From: Isurus oxyrinchus
Taxonomy: Eukaryota
Assembly (NCBI GenBank): GCA_026770705.1
Contig: JANJGN010000014.1
Location: 18,042,001-18,106,000 of the forward strand
DNA: 64,000 nt
Direction: 5' to 3'
The position numbers were made by a program, and so were the translations under genes. The notes below the pieces were generated by a model, which was given only the letters and a program-made list of their open reading frames with translations, did not search any database and had not been told where the DNA came from. Positions 20,701 through 32,999 of this stretch are shown one piece after another. Position 1 is the first letter of the stretch. Every line of letters starts with the position of its first letter.

Positions 20701-21400
20701 ATTGTAATGGGATCCCTGTTAGTTACAGCAAACTGGCCAGGCTAGGGGAAGCAGGCAATGTTTAGAGTGCCTTCCTCATGCCATGGAGGGGGGCAGTGTG
20801 ATCCTGAAGGTGGCTCCTCAGTCGCTCAGGGGGCTGCCGAAGTCCACAACCACGTTAATTCGCTGAAAGACAGTCCTATGGCCTGAGCCACCTGGGCTGT
20901 GGCTACAGCTTTGTCACTCCCCCATCACCACTGGACTTGAAGATTGGATGATGAATGCATTGGCGGGTGATATGGTAACTTGCACGTGAAATGGATTATA
21001 CTGAAGGAAAGTTGCGCTGCGCCAACCTCGCTCTCTCATCCAGGCACATCTGAGTCCAGTGGCAAGACAAAGTCAAGATGGCTGGAGATGATTGCAGATG
21101 CAGTGCACGACCTTAGTATCCTAGTACCTGACCACCTTGGAGTTTTCGCTGAGTAAATCTTTGCATGCAAGGATAGGCAAATCCTAGCTCCCCAATGGGT
21201 GAGAAACATTGGCTACCTTCACTTAGTTTTGCCCACCTGTCGAGATGCTTTGCCGGGGCATGGCGATTGGTGCATTCAACAAGTACTTGGAGCCACAGAT
21301 GAGAGCTGGGTGCTGATGAGGACCAACGAAAGGTGAACAACCCCGAAGAGTGCGATATGACTCCCATTTTCAGAGTTCTGCCCCTCCCAGATGCACCCCA
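17770..21400 (-). mobile_element. RTE-clade LINE, near full length, decayed
   Basis: APE endonuclease (STWNV, ERQTALVVREL...AALSETH, HWHLVD, GSDCWTDH), RT (GKAPGSD, SESQCGFRKG), C-terminal HTCPTCNRSF...IGL..H; long 5' UTR at about 20700-21400. Confidence 0.88.
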
Positions 21401-22409
21401 TACACCCATTGGAGTTACATACATGGGGAGTGGTTGGGAGAAGCTTGGGCTTTTGGAATTATATACGCTGTGATTGACTGGGGACATGTTCTGTTCTGAT
21501 TTGAATGGCTCCTTAATCAAAGAGTATTAACAATATAACAATTTCACATTGTGAATAGACTGAAGTGACAAAGATTCAGTGATACAATCCATTACAACAA
21601 TGCGAAAATAACCTCATTAACATTAGCTTGGGACGTGCTGATATATTTATATAAGCATGTGCAAGTTGGAAGCAAAATTATCAAAAGAAGTAGAACATTT
21701 CCTTCCAAAGAATAATGGACATGCTGTCTGAATTCTGGAGTTTAATTAAATTAAAGTAGTTAGATGGAATGTAAATAGAACACTGGATAGCTGAAAATTA
21801 TTACACAAGGTAATCTAAGGTTTCATAGGCAGAATAATGATAATTTGGAAGTCAGAGGCTGGAAGCAATTCTAGGGCTTAGATGTTTTGTATATTGAATA
21901 CTGGATACCTGGAAGTAATCAAGGAATTCATATCACATCATTAACTATATGAGAAATTTCTAAGGTTTGTGAAGCTCAAGCAAGACACTGTGACGCTTGA
22001 AACTCTCCAGGATATAATTTTTCAAATGAAACGTATATTATGAATTTTGTGACAATGAATTTATTCAGTTTTGTGTCACTTCTTCATAAGAAGTCACTCT
22101 CATTGAAAAATCAAAAATAGAAAGATGATTATGCTGAAGGATTGGTGACCAAGAAGTGATTGCACTGTTTTGTTTTACAAGATGCCAAGTCTCTTTCCTT
22201 TCACCTTCCCAAATTTGTAATTTGTTCCGATGAGTAGAATTTTCCAGGCCTAATCCAAGTGGTTTACGGAATCAATTGGAGACCATTGGGACTGCAATCC
22301 TTAATTGCTATGGCAACAGACCTTGCAAGAGACTAGCACCATCTTAATACACAATGGAATTTGAGAGCGGGATAAACAAGAGATTGGAGATTGAGGGCAC
22401 AAAATTTTT

Positions 22410-24022
22410 ATTTTCTTTAGTTATTCATTCGTGGTGTGTGGGCATCTCTGTCAGTTATTGTCCATCCCTAATTTCCCTTGAGGAGGTGGTGATGGGCAAT
22501 CTTCTTGAACTGCTGTAGCCTGTGAGGTGAAGGTATTCTCACAATGCTATTATGTACGGATTTTCCATGTCCGGTGTCAATGAAGGAATCATGATATATG
22601 TACAAGTCAGGATGGTGTGTATTGCAGGGGAACTTGGAGGTGGTGATATTCCCATGTGCCTGCTGCCCTTGTCCTTCTAGGTGGTAGAGGCTTGGGAGCT
22701 GGTACCGGAGAAGCCTTCGCAAGTTTCTTGCAGTGCATCCTGAAGATAGTCCCACTACAGCTTTGGTGCATCGTTGATGGAGGGAATGAATGTTTAAGGC
22801 AGTGGATGGGGTGCTAATAAAGTGATCATCTTTGTCCTGGATGGTGTTGAGCTTCTTGAGTGTTGTTCGAGCTGCACTTATCCAGGCAAATGGAGAATGT
22901 TCCATCACAGTCCTAACTTATGCCCTTAGATGGTGCACAGGCTTTGGGGAGTTACTCATCTCGGAATTCGCAGCCTCTGACCTGCTTTTGTAGCCACCAT
23001 ATTGGTATGGCTGGTCCAGTTAAGCTGTTGGTCAGTGGTGACCCCTAGGATTTTGATGGGTGTAGTGGGTTCAGTGGTGATACTGCATAGAAGGTCAGGG
23101 AAAGACGGTTAGACTCTATTTTGCTGGAGATAGTCATTACCTGGCACTTGTGTGCCATGAATGTTACTAGCCACTTATCAGCCTAAGTGCCATTGTTGTC
23201 CAGGTCTTGCTATATGAGCACACAGACTACTTCAGTTTCTGATAAGTTGTGAATGGAGCTGTATGCTGTGCAATCATCAGCAAACATCACCATTCTGACC
23301 TCATGTCGGAGAGGTCATTCATGAAACAACTAAAGATGGTTGGGCCTAGGATACTGCCCTGAAAAACTCCTGCAGCGATGTCCTGGACTGAAATGAGTGA
23401 CATCCTACAAATACAACCATCTTTTTTGTGTAGGGTATGACTCCAGCCTTCAGAGAGTTTTCCCTTGATTCTCGCTGACATATTTGCCACGTCACCATGA
23501 TGCCACATTCTGTCAACTGCTACCTTGATGTCAGAGGCAGTCACTCTCACCTCACCTCCAGAATTCAGCTCTTTTGTCTATAATTGGACAAGACTGTAAT
23601 GATGTCCAGACATGAGTGGTCCTGGCAGAATCCAAATTGAATAACAGAGAAGGCCGAGATGGATCATTCACTCAGCAATTTAAGCTGAAGATAGCAGCAA
23701 ATGCTTCAGCCTTGTCTTTTATTCTCATGTGCTGGTACCACCATTGTTGAGGACGTGAATGTTATTAAGCCTCTCCTCCTGTTGTTGTTTAATTATACAC
23801 CACATCAATAGCCAGCAGGACTGCAGAGCTTTGATATGATCCATTGCTTGTGGGATCACTCATCTCTGTCTGCAGCATGTTGCTTCTGCTGTTTAGCATG
23901 CAAGCAGTCCTTGTGTTATAGCTGCACCAGGTTGGACATCATTTTAAAATATACCTGGTGTCGTTCCTGGCATGCTATTCTACACTCCTCTTTGAATCAG
24001 GATTGGTTGCCTGGCTTGATGG
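22410..24022 (-). mobile_element. LINE (APE-RT, clade unresolved) 3' half; continues at 29447-29713 and 30479-31120
   Basis: DIKVAVDRMWH, GVFQGSILGPTIFSCFMNDL, MEHSPFAW...TTLKKLNTIQDK; the sequence rejoins across the Gypsy and solo-LTR insertions. Confidence 0.75.
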
Positions 24023-24219
24023 TGTTTTGTTGAGTTTTTGCTTCTTGTGGTGTGTACTGCTTAGACATGTAGAAGTTACCAAGAAGTCTTTATTAACATT
24101 ACTGAACTATGTACGTATTTATAGTAAAGGATACAGGTATGGAGAGGACTCTGTGGCATGTCCTTACATGTTGCTACCTAGCTCTATACTGCTGACCTAA
24201 GCTCTAGCTCAGGTGACTT

Positions 24220-24848
24220 TATCCTTTATTGCGAGAGGGATTGAATATAAAAGTAAGGATGTTATGCTTCAGCTATACAGGGCATTGGTGAGACTGCACC
24301 TTGAATACTGTGTGCAGTTTTGGTCGCCTTATTTAAGGAAGGATGTAAATGCATTGGAGACGGTTCAAAGGAAGTTTACCAGATTGCTACCTAGATTGAG
24401 TGGGTTGCATTATGAGGAAAGGTTGGACACACTGGTCTTGTTTCCACTGGAGTTTAGAAGAGTGAGGGGTGACTTGATTGAAGTATACAGATCCTGAACA
24501 GCTTTGACAAGGTGGACATCGAAAGGATGTCTCCTCTTGTGGGTGAGTCCAGAACTAGGGGGCACTGTTTTAAAATTAGGGGTCAACCTTTTAGGACAGA
24601 GATGAGAATTTTTCTCTCAGAGGGCTGTGCGACTTTGGAATTCTCTGCCTCAGAAGGTGGTGGAAGCGGGGTCATTGAATATTTTTAAGGTAGATGTAGA
24701 TAGATTCTTAGGCAAGGGAATCAAAGGTTATCGGGGTTAGATGGAAACATGGAAATTGAAACACAAGATCAGCCATGATCTTATTGAATGGTGGAGCAGG
24801 CTCGAGGGGCTGAATGGTCTACTCCTGTTCCTATTTCTTATGGTCTTA
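24220..24848 (+). mobile_element. 5'-truncated CR1 inserted in the Gypsy 3' LTR
   Basis: LYRALVRLHLEYCVQFWSPYLRKD...RGDLIEVY; TSD TGACTT at 24214-24219 and 24849-24854. Confidence 0.9.
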
Positions 24849-25155
24849 TGACTTCTTGCATTGCTGGTGGGCAGCACCGCACTCAGTCCCAGGTTAACCC
24901 TTAATGTGCCGGATCCTTTTACTACACCTCCCCCAAGTCTTTATCCCCTGGATATAGACTGACAATGTTTACTTACAGTTTGATTCAAGTCTTGTATTGT
25001 CATAAGGCTTGTATACCTAACTTCAGTGTTGCAACCATAATGACGCTAACCCTAAACTACTTTGTGATTAACATTACAACACTAACAGCATACATTAACA
25101 GAGCTCATATCACACCATCTCCCGCCCCAACCCACCGCCATTTAAGTCTTTGAAA

Positions 25156-28100
25156 TCAGAGGTTCAGGTAATCTGGGAGTCTGAGGACCCTTCCACTCCT
25201 CATTGACCATCTGGTCGGGTGAATGGCGGCCTCTAATAGTTGCCTGCTCTTGCTATTGGTTTGGAAGTGGTTCCAGTGCATGCTTGCCCTTGTGAATGGT
25301 GCTTCATCTTGTAATGGGGGGGCAGCCTGGCCAGCGACTCCACCTGTTGCACCTGATTCTGCCCTCTGATGTACCAACTTGATGGGAACAGGATTGGTCC
25401 TCGATTAGGCAAAGGCCTAATTGGGCCTTGTCTCCTGAGGTCTGGGATCCAAACTTTGTCGGTCCTGGTGCAGCTGTGGCAGATGCCTGGTGCAGTGTCA
25501 CCGATTGCAGTTGGAGCCCTGCTTCTGTTTGTAGGCCAAGTCTTTCTCACGCACAGCCTGGTGGCCTTTGGCTGACTGCCCTGGCAGGAGTTTCCTCGCA
25601 GGATTGGAAGTAGAGTGTGCAATTTCCTGCTCAACAAGAGCTCTGACAGGGTGAGGCCGCATTGTAGGGGGTGGACCTTTATGTGAGTAGGGCAGTGGGA
25701 AAGTCCTTGGTCTTCTTCAAAAGGGCCTTTATCATGTGTACCGCCTGTTCTGCTTCACCGTTGGACTGTGGGACCTTGAGGAGCTGGTCTTGGCGCAGAA
25801 TCAGCTGCTGTTCCTGAATTCACAAAGCATTGGTTAGCAAATTGGGGACTATTATCGGAACCAAGCCCGTCCGGGATGCTGACGGTTGAAAACATTCCCT
25901 TGGCTGCCTTGACGATTGTCCCCATGGTGCTTGTATGGAGTTTCTGGACCTCCACCCACCTGGAGTAGTAATCCATGACGTCCAGGAAGGATCTGCCATT
26001 GTGGCTGGACAGGTCTGCTGCCAGCTTTTGCTGTGGCCTGTCGGGAAGCTGTGAAGGAATTTATGCTTCTCTCCGGTCCTGGTAGTGTCAGGCGCAAGTG
26101 TGACAATTGGCAATGGTCTCTTCTATTGCCTTGGAGATGCCTGGCCACCAGGCTGTGGACTGGGCTCATGCCCCACATTTAGTGATGCCAAGATGTCCCT
26201 GGTGTGTCCTCTGGAGGACAGTCGCCTGGACGGAGGGTGGAGTGACTAGTGGCTTGTCATAGACCAGTAGGTCCCCCGTGATGGTGCAGTGGCTCTGTTG
26301 CTCAAACCACGCTGTTGCTGAAGTACCACTTGGTCGCTGATGAGGTCATGTCGCCATGATGCTGTTCTTGGCAGAGCTGTTGAAGCCAGGTCGTGGATGC
26401 CGGAAAGAGGCTAGTGTTGGCCTGGGGAAGGCCTCCACTTCGCTAACAAAGGTGGCATTGTGGTCAGTTGGAAGTTCTGCGGTGACCCTTGAAAGGACAT
26501 TGGCTGCCACCTGACATGGATGGTCTCATATGCGAAACACATGAGGTGTAGGTGAAAACACTGAACCCGAGAGGGCATCTTTGTGACCCCCGTCTCATTG
26601 AGCAGAGAGGCCAGTGGCTTGTGGTCTATCTCAATGGTGATTTTAAGGATGATGATGTAGCCCGAGGTCTCTTTGTAGGCCATATAACCCCCAAAGCTTC
26701 TTTATCATGATGGGATACCTGGTTTCTGTGTCCAATAGTCCTCTTGAAGCATAGTAGGCTGTCACCACGTGCTGTCTGGAAGCTCCTGAAAGAGGACAGC
26801 TCCGAGGCCCGTGGAGGTGTCAGCTGCTATGGTGGTGGGTTGGGTGGGGTCATAATAGGCCAGGATGTCTGTAGAGAGCAGCATGTGCAGGGAATCCCAC
26901 TCCCAGGCTTGGACCTTCCTAAGTAAGAGTCTCAGTAGCTCTGTGACCTGTGCCAAGTGGGGCAAGAATTTCACCAGCTGGTTCACCACACCAAAGGGGT
27001 GTTGCAAGTCTGGGATGGAGGAAGGAGCGGGGAAGTCGGCGATGACTTTGTCTTTCTGGAGGCTCATGTGATACCGCTGCTGCTGACAACATGGCCCAGG
27101 AAGCAGTTGGAGGTTTTTGAGAACTGGCATTTTTCGTTCAGTATTAGCCCAGCCTCCTGCAGCCATTCCAGGACCGCCGTGTGCCACTCATTGTGTTCCT
27201 GTGCCATGGCCCCATGGGCCAGAACATTGTCCATGTGGCAGACAACCCCTTGCAGGCCCTGCAGGATGCCTGACATCCCAAAGGGTAGGCGATTGAAGCA
27301 GAATCTTCCACAAGGGGTAATGAAGGTGGTAGGGAGCTGAGGTTCCTCATCGAGGGGAATTTGCCAGAAGCAGCTGTTGGCAGCCAACTTTGAGAAACTG
27401 CGTGAAAGTTTGGTCAGACTCTCATCCGCTGAGGCCATGGGGTGAACCTCCCTGGTCACTGCTTTGTTGAGCTGCTTGAGACCGACACAGATGCGGAGAC
27501 AGCCGTTCATTTTACAAACTGGGACCATCCTTGAGCACCATGTGGTGTGTTGCTTCACTGGGGAAATCACTCCCATATTTATCATGTTGTGGAGCTGGCA
27601 CCCATGAGGGGGTGGGAGGGCCTTCCGAGGAGTGAAGAGGCATAATGTCTTGGTGTCACTCCTGAGTGTAATTCTATAGGTGTTCTTAAGGAAACCTAGT
27701 CCCACAAAGAGGGTCAGGAACAATTGCCTGTATTTCAAGCCAGGCTGTGGCTGACATTTTTAGGAGGTTGAGTTCATATCAGACATTAGTAGTGAGTAGT
27801 CCTGGTTATAGACCATAGAGGGTTGTGTGGATTGTCTTGGCTCCATATTGGAGAGTAGCTGGCTGGGTGCCCTTGACTCTCAGGCAGTGTCCTCTTGCTG
27901 CGTGGAGCGGGGTGTCTGTCGGTTGGAGCCAAAGGTCTTTAAGCCATGGTGCTTTGTTGGACAGGACATTTACCTAGGCATGGTATCTGGTTTAAAAGTG
28001 GTCCAATGGCCATTCATCAAGATGTCCGCATTCCAGAATGGAGTGCTGGATCATGTGATGTCACCAAGGAAGAATGACTGGGTGCCCTCTGGATGGGTGA

Positions 28101-28445
28101 CTTGGACTTTGTTGAGAAAGGAATCAACTGGCTCCCCAGGATCCTGTTAAATTTGGCGCATTCCAAGATCTTGTTTCCTTGCAGTTTGAAAAAGAGGTCA
28201 AAAGATTTTAAAACATCTTCAAACTTAGCATATGATTCATCTTTGTCTTGCCTGGCGATTAAATCATCCCCAATAGGCCCAATTGAATATACTGATGTGC
28301 TAACCTGTTTTGCCTCTGACTTTTTATTTAATCCTGTTGCTGTGCTATATCTGAGCAGCCTTTTTCTCCAGCAACTCCAATTGTGAGATTGGTTCAGGCC
28401 ATAGGTAAGGCACATTGGGAGTGGGAATGAAGAATTGTGACGCAT
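25156..28445 (-). pseudogene. Gypsy gag-pol, multiply frameshifted
   Basis: gag NWSCWRKR..RY; RT LRICV..KQLNKAV, FWQIPL, TTFITP.GRFCFNRLPFG, CHMDNVL; RNaseH ADTS.GLGAVL, IDHKPL; integrase DYYSRW, SDNSPQF. Confidence 0.88.
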
Positions 28446-29149
28446 AGTTGAAAAATTTTAAAGTGTGGGCCTCCCTTTAAGAGATCAGAGGATTTCAAAA
28501 TGGTGCCACTGGCATTGCTGAGAAGATTTTGTTGTGACTTTTAAAATGGCGGCGATAGGCCAAGAGGTGGAAGAAGTTGCAAAATGGCTGCGGGTCAGGT
28601 CGTGGCTGTGGGCCAGTAGTATGGCGTCAGCTTGCTACGGATTGGGGCTGGGCTGGGAGGACAGAAGTCTCGCTGGCTGGAAGGCCAAAAATGTGCTAGT
28701 TACTCGGGAATGGGGGTTTCTGTGTATTCGATGGTTCTTTCCTCTTTTGTTGCACTCCAGATTCGGGGGCCACGTGGAGGCGCACCGAGTCGGAGGTTGG
28801 GCTAGTGACAAACGTGCTACTGAGTTTTCTGCCTGACTGATTTTTAAAAGAAATAGTTCACAGGACTGACTTCCCTGGAACTTTAAGAAGGTTGTATCTC
28901 ACCCTGTAGGCTGCTGGCTGCTAGCTCTGCTTTGTTGAAGCTGCTTCCAGAGGGATCCAGTGGAGACTTTATCTTGAGCCTAACTTTTGCCTTTATTCTC
29001 TGCTGCCAGGATCTTCTGTCTCTGAAGCTTTCCAGGTGAATTTTCTCAGCTTCTTGCATCCTGAATGAGGTTTTTCAGAGCAGAAATTTGTCACTTTTCC
29101 TTTTCTTGATTTTCTGTCTTTTTACAAGGGATGTGCATGTTGATCTCCA

Positions 29150-29159
29150 GCTGCCACCA
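29150..29159 (-). promoter_or_regulatory. Gypsy PBS, compatible with tRNA-Leu
   Basis: TGGTGGCAGC right after the LTR CA; complementary to the ...GCUGCCACCA 3' end of vertebrate tRNA-Leu(AAG/TAG). Confidence 0.7.
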
Positions 29160-29713
29160 TGTTTTGTCGGGTTGTTGCTACCCATGGGTGCACTGCCTAG
29201 ACACCATTAAGCAGTATTGTAGAAGTTACCAAGAAGTCTTTATTAACATTACTGAACTATGTACAGATTTACAGAAGAGAGCACAGGGCTGGAGAGGACT
29301 CCATGGCATGTCCTTACATGTCACTACGCATTTGTACACTGCTGACCTAAGCTCTAGATCAGATGGCTTCTTACATCACCGATGGGCGGTAGTGTACTCA
29401 GTCTCAGGTTAACCCTTAAAGTACTAGATCCCTCTACTACAGACGGTAATGATAGATTGAGGGATATGCCGGGCTGTGAGGTAACAGATTGTGGTGGTAT
29501 ACAATTCTGCTGGTGTTGATGGCCCACATCTCATGGATGTCCAATTTTGAGCTGCTAGACCTGTTTTTAATTTATCCCCTTTAGCACAGTGACAGTGCCA
29601 CCGAATATGATGGATTGTAACCTCAGTGTGAAGATGGGGCAAGGACTCTCCACAAGGATGGATCTCCACAAGGACCGTACAGTGGTTACTCCTACCAATA
29701 TTGTCATGGGCAG

Positions 29714-30478
29714 GGTTACGAGACCAGTAATTTTTTAAAAAGTGATGAACCCCGCAGCGACGAACAGAAATGATCAAAAGACAAGATTTCACATTTTAAG
29801 ACTTTTACTGTAACAAACAAATTAAAATCAACAGAACTAAACATAACTTAACAAACAACCATTAAACCAAACTAAAGAGAAGGTACTTCCCCATTAGCTA
29901 ACCAACACAACCAAAATACATTTTGACTCATTTTACTTTATGCCACACTTCTGGCAGATAGGTAGCCTTAAGGAGTAATTACCCAGCTCCTCCTAGCTTT
30001 CCAGAGCACTCCCTTCTCCCTGCCTATGTCAGCGTGAGTCTTCCATGGTCCTTTGAAAGTCATTCCACTCAGTCTTCTAAGTATCCCTGAACTGACGCCC
30101 ATCAGTAAGGCCCACAATGGGGACTCCTTGTTTCTTAAATCTCCAGATGTCCTGTCTCTTTGAACAGAGAACCAGTTCTCAGTTAGCTTGGTGGCTAACA
30201 CAAAAAACTTACCCTCTGTTTTTCACAGCAGCATCTGTTTCTGCCTCCCTCTCCACGTCTCTGTGTCTGTGCCCAGAAAACCAGCTGCCCCCCCCCTATT
30301 CTGTTAAGATGTGGAACTTGTCAATTGACTTTCGATAGGTTTTAGTTGCAGATCATTTGAGCCTGTCTCCAGACTTTAGTATGATCACCATCCTCCTCGT
30401 CAGGCCATTCTATTTCATTTTAAATGAAAGGAAATATTTTAAAACATAACCGCCTCATAAAGTCTCACATTCTTAACA
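29714..30478. mobile_element. Solo LTR (about 765 bp) inserted in LINE
   Basis: (g)GTTACGA...TCTTAACA termini; GCAG/GCAA 4-bp flanks at 29710-29713 and 30479-30482; the LINE resumes after it. Confidence 0.6.
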
Positions 30479-31599
30479 GCAAATGCATTTGCAACAGGTA
30501 GATTGGTGTGGAAGAGATCCATTTGGCTTTTCCCTTGTGTTGGTTCTCTCACCACCTGCCACAAGAGCAGTCTGGTAGTTATGTCTTCCAGGACTCTGTC
30601 AGCTCGGTCATTAGTGATGCTATTGAACCACTCCTGGTGATGGACATTCTGTGCCCTCAGTGCTTCTTCCAAGTGTTGTCCCAAAGCTGATTCAGCAATT
30701 GTGGGAGGATGCTTAGTGGTAACCAGGAGAAGACTTCCTTTGCCTATGTTTGACCTAATGCCATGAGACTTAATAAGGGCCACAGCCAATATTGAGGACA
30801 CTCAGGTCCACAGCTGTATACCACTGTGCTGCCACCTCTGCTGGATCCGTCCTGCCAGTGGGACAGAACATATGGGGAATGGTGATGAAGGTACCTGGAA
30901 GGTTGACAGCTAGGTATGATTCTGTGAATATGACTATGTCAGGCTGTTGCTGAACTAGTCTGCAGGGCAGCTCTCTCAGTTTGGTGCGATCCCAATCTTT
31001 GCAGAGTCGACTATTCTGGGTGTGCCTTTGTCTTTGTCCAAGATGGCTGCAAGGCAGTCTGAATAGTTTTATCCTGGGTGTAGTGGGTTGATACAGCTGT
31101 TGCTAGCAAGCAAGGCCATTCCAGAGGGAAGCTCAGTTTCTTTTGGTGTCTTCCTCTGGGACAGAGCGAAGCAATGACGTACAGCATCGTCCCTCTTGTC
31201 CCTGGGATCTGCTCTCTTCTTGCCTAGAACTGCTCGGATCCGAAGTGGACTAAATCTGCCTTGTGTGAAGACCCAATTCCCTAATGGTCAAATGTTCAGA
31301 GCACAATAAAACAAGGGAAATTGAGAGGAGTGGCCAGTAAGGCAACAACAGATCAAATACAGGGAACTGAAGTACTGAACTGGCGCAGTGGGAGGCACTG
31401 TTCTGAATTAACTGATCAGCAGAGGAAGCTCTACACAATTCCTCCAACTGTAGCTGTACATTAATGCTGGACACTGAATATAGAAAAATATTTTGTTGCT
31501 TAAAAATGAAATCTTTCAGGCAGCAAAAAAAAAACATATTTTATTAAACTAATTTATGCAAAACCATTTAAGATTTTGCTTTTGGAACCAAAATCCTAT

Positions 31600-32040
31600 A
31601 TTTCCACTTCAGTAGTAGCTGTGGTTCACTTACCTGAGTCAGAAGGTTGTGGGTTCAAATCCCATTCCAGAGACTCGAGCACACAATCGAGGTTGACACC
31701 CCAGTGCAGTATTGTGGAAGTGTTGCACTGTTGGAGGTGCTGTCTTTTGGATGACACTTTAAGCTGCCCTCAGATTGATGTAAACGATCCCAAGGCGTTA
31801 TTCCAAGAAAAGCACAGGAGTACTCCCTGGTGTCCAAGAGAACATTTATCATTCACCACTCAACATCTCTAAAACTGATGATTTGGTCATTAATGCATTA
31901 CTGTATGTAGGAGCTTGCTGTGTGCAAATTGGCTGCTGCATTTCCTACATTACAACAGTTTTGACACTTCTTTGGCTGTAAAGGACTTTGTGATGTCCGG
32001 AAGTTGTGAAAGGTGCTATAAAAATGTAACTCTTTCTTTC
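31600..32040 (+). mobile_element. tRNA-derived SINE (SacSINE1/Deu-SINE-like)
   Basis: B-box GGTTCAAATCCC near 31652; core gagcttgctgtgtgcaaattggctgc; L2-like tail aggtgctata...tctttc; several related copies in the window. Confidence 0.75.
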
Positions 32041-32299
32041 CAAGTAAGGCAGCAGGCAATTTTACAGAGGCTTATGTTGCATTCGTAGGGATGGGGAGGA
32101 AGAACTGAAGAGACTTTTCCGGAAACTTCAGTCAGCAGCATGGGAAATAGTCAGAGTGATGTACACAAATGATTTTTGTAACTGGCCCTGTCTTCACCAA
32201 TAGACATGTTCCACTCATTGCACCAGGCATTACTGGGTATGAGAGAATGCTTTACTGCTTTGACCCTCACTGGTACTGGATAGTAACCATTTTCCCATC

Positions 32300-32470
32300 G
32301 CATCCAATTGCTTATTAACGAGAGATTCAAAGATTATTGGGGCGTAAGCAGGAATGTGGAGTTGAGGCCACAATCAGATCAGCCATGACCTTATTGACTG
32401 GTGCAGCAAGCTCGAGGAGCTGAACAGCCTATTTCTGCTCCTAATTTGTATATTCATATGTTCGTATGAC
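32300..32470 (+). mobile_element. CR1 3' end
   Basis: agatcagccatga...ctcgaggagctgaacagcctatttctgctcct...tatg repeats. Confidence 0.7.
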
Positions 32471-32579
32471 TGTGTGTGATGGGAGTCAGGTGGGGTGTAG
32501 TAGAAGGAAAGTTCTATCAACAGAAAAATTAAGATGTTGAGAAGATACAGTAGGTCGGTCAGAATCTGTGGTAGAGACA

Positions 32580-32945
32580 GACAATAACGACATGCATTTA
32601 TATAGCACCCTTTAGCCCAGTTACAATTGTACCAAGGCATTTCACAGCAATGTCATCAAACAGAATTTGACACTGACCCACTGACCAGGATGGGTGACCA
32701 AGAGCTTGGCCAAAGGGGTAAGTTGAGCTGAAGAAGCAAAGAGGTTTTTGGAGGGAATTTCAGAACTTGAGGCCTAGGCAGCTGAAGTCACAGCCGCCAA
32801 TGGTGGGGTGATGAAAATTAGGGATGCCAGAATTGAAGGAACACAGAGATCTGAGGGTTCCAGGGCTGCTGGAGATTACAGAGATAGGAGGGATGTGTCC
32901 ATGGAGGGATTTGAAAACAAGGATGAGGATTTTAAAATCTCCACA
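32580..32945 (-). mobile_element. L2 3' fragment
   Basis: Similar to 880-1325 (gatttgaaaacaaggatgaggattttaaa). Confidence 0.65.
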
Positions 32946-32999
32946 GGTTAAGGCTTTAGGCAGAAACCTTGATCAGAACTGGTTCATTAATATCTTTTA

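Larger units (their letters stand above)
24023..29441 (-). mobile_element. Ty3/Gypsy LTR retrotransposon, complete structure, decayed
   Basis: LTRs 29160-29441 and 24023-24926 with TG...CA ends; TSD GATGG (24018-24022) / GACGG (29442-29446); PBS TGGTGGCAGC (29150-29159); PPT GGGGGAGG (24927-24934); gag-PR-RT-RNaseH-IN order. Confidence 0.92.

Noticed and set aside
31600-31700. tRNA gene
   Set aside because: The B-box belongs to a SINE head, continuing into the SINE core and tail; no full cloverleaf.
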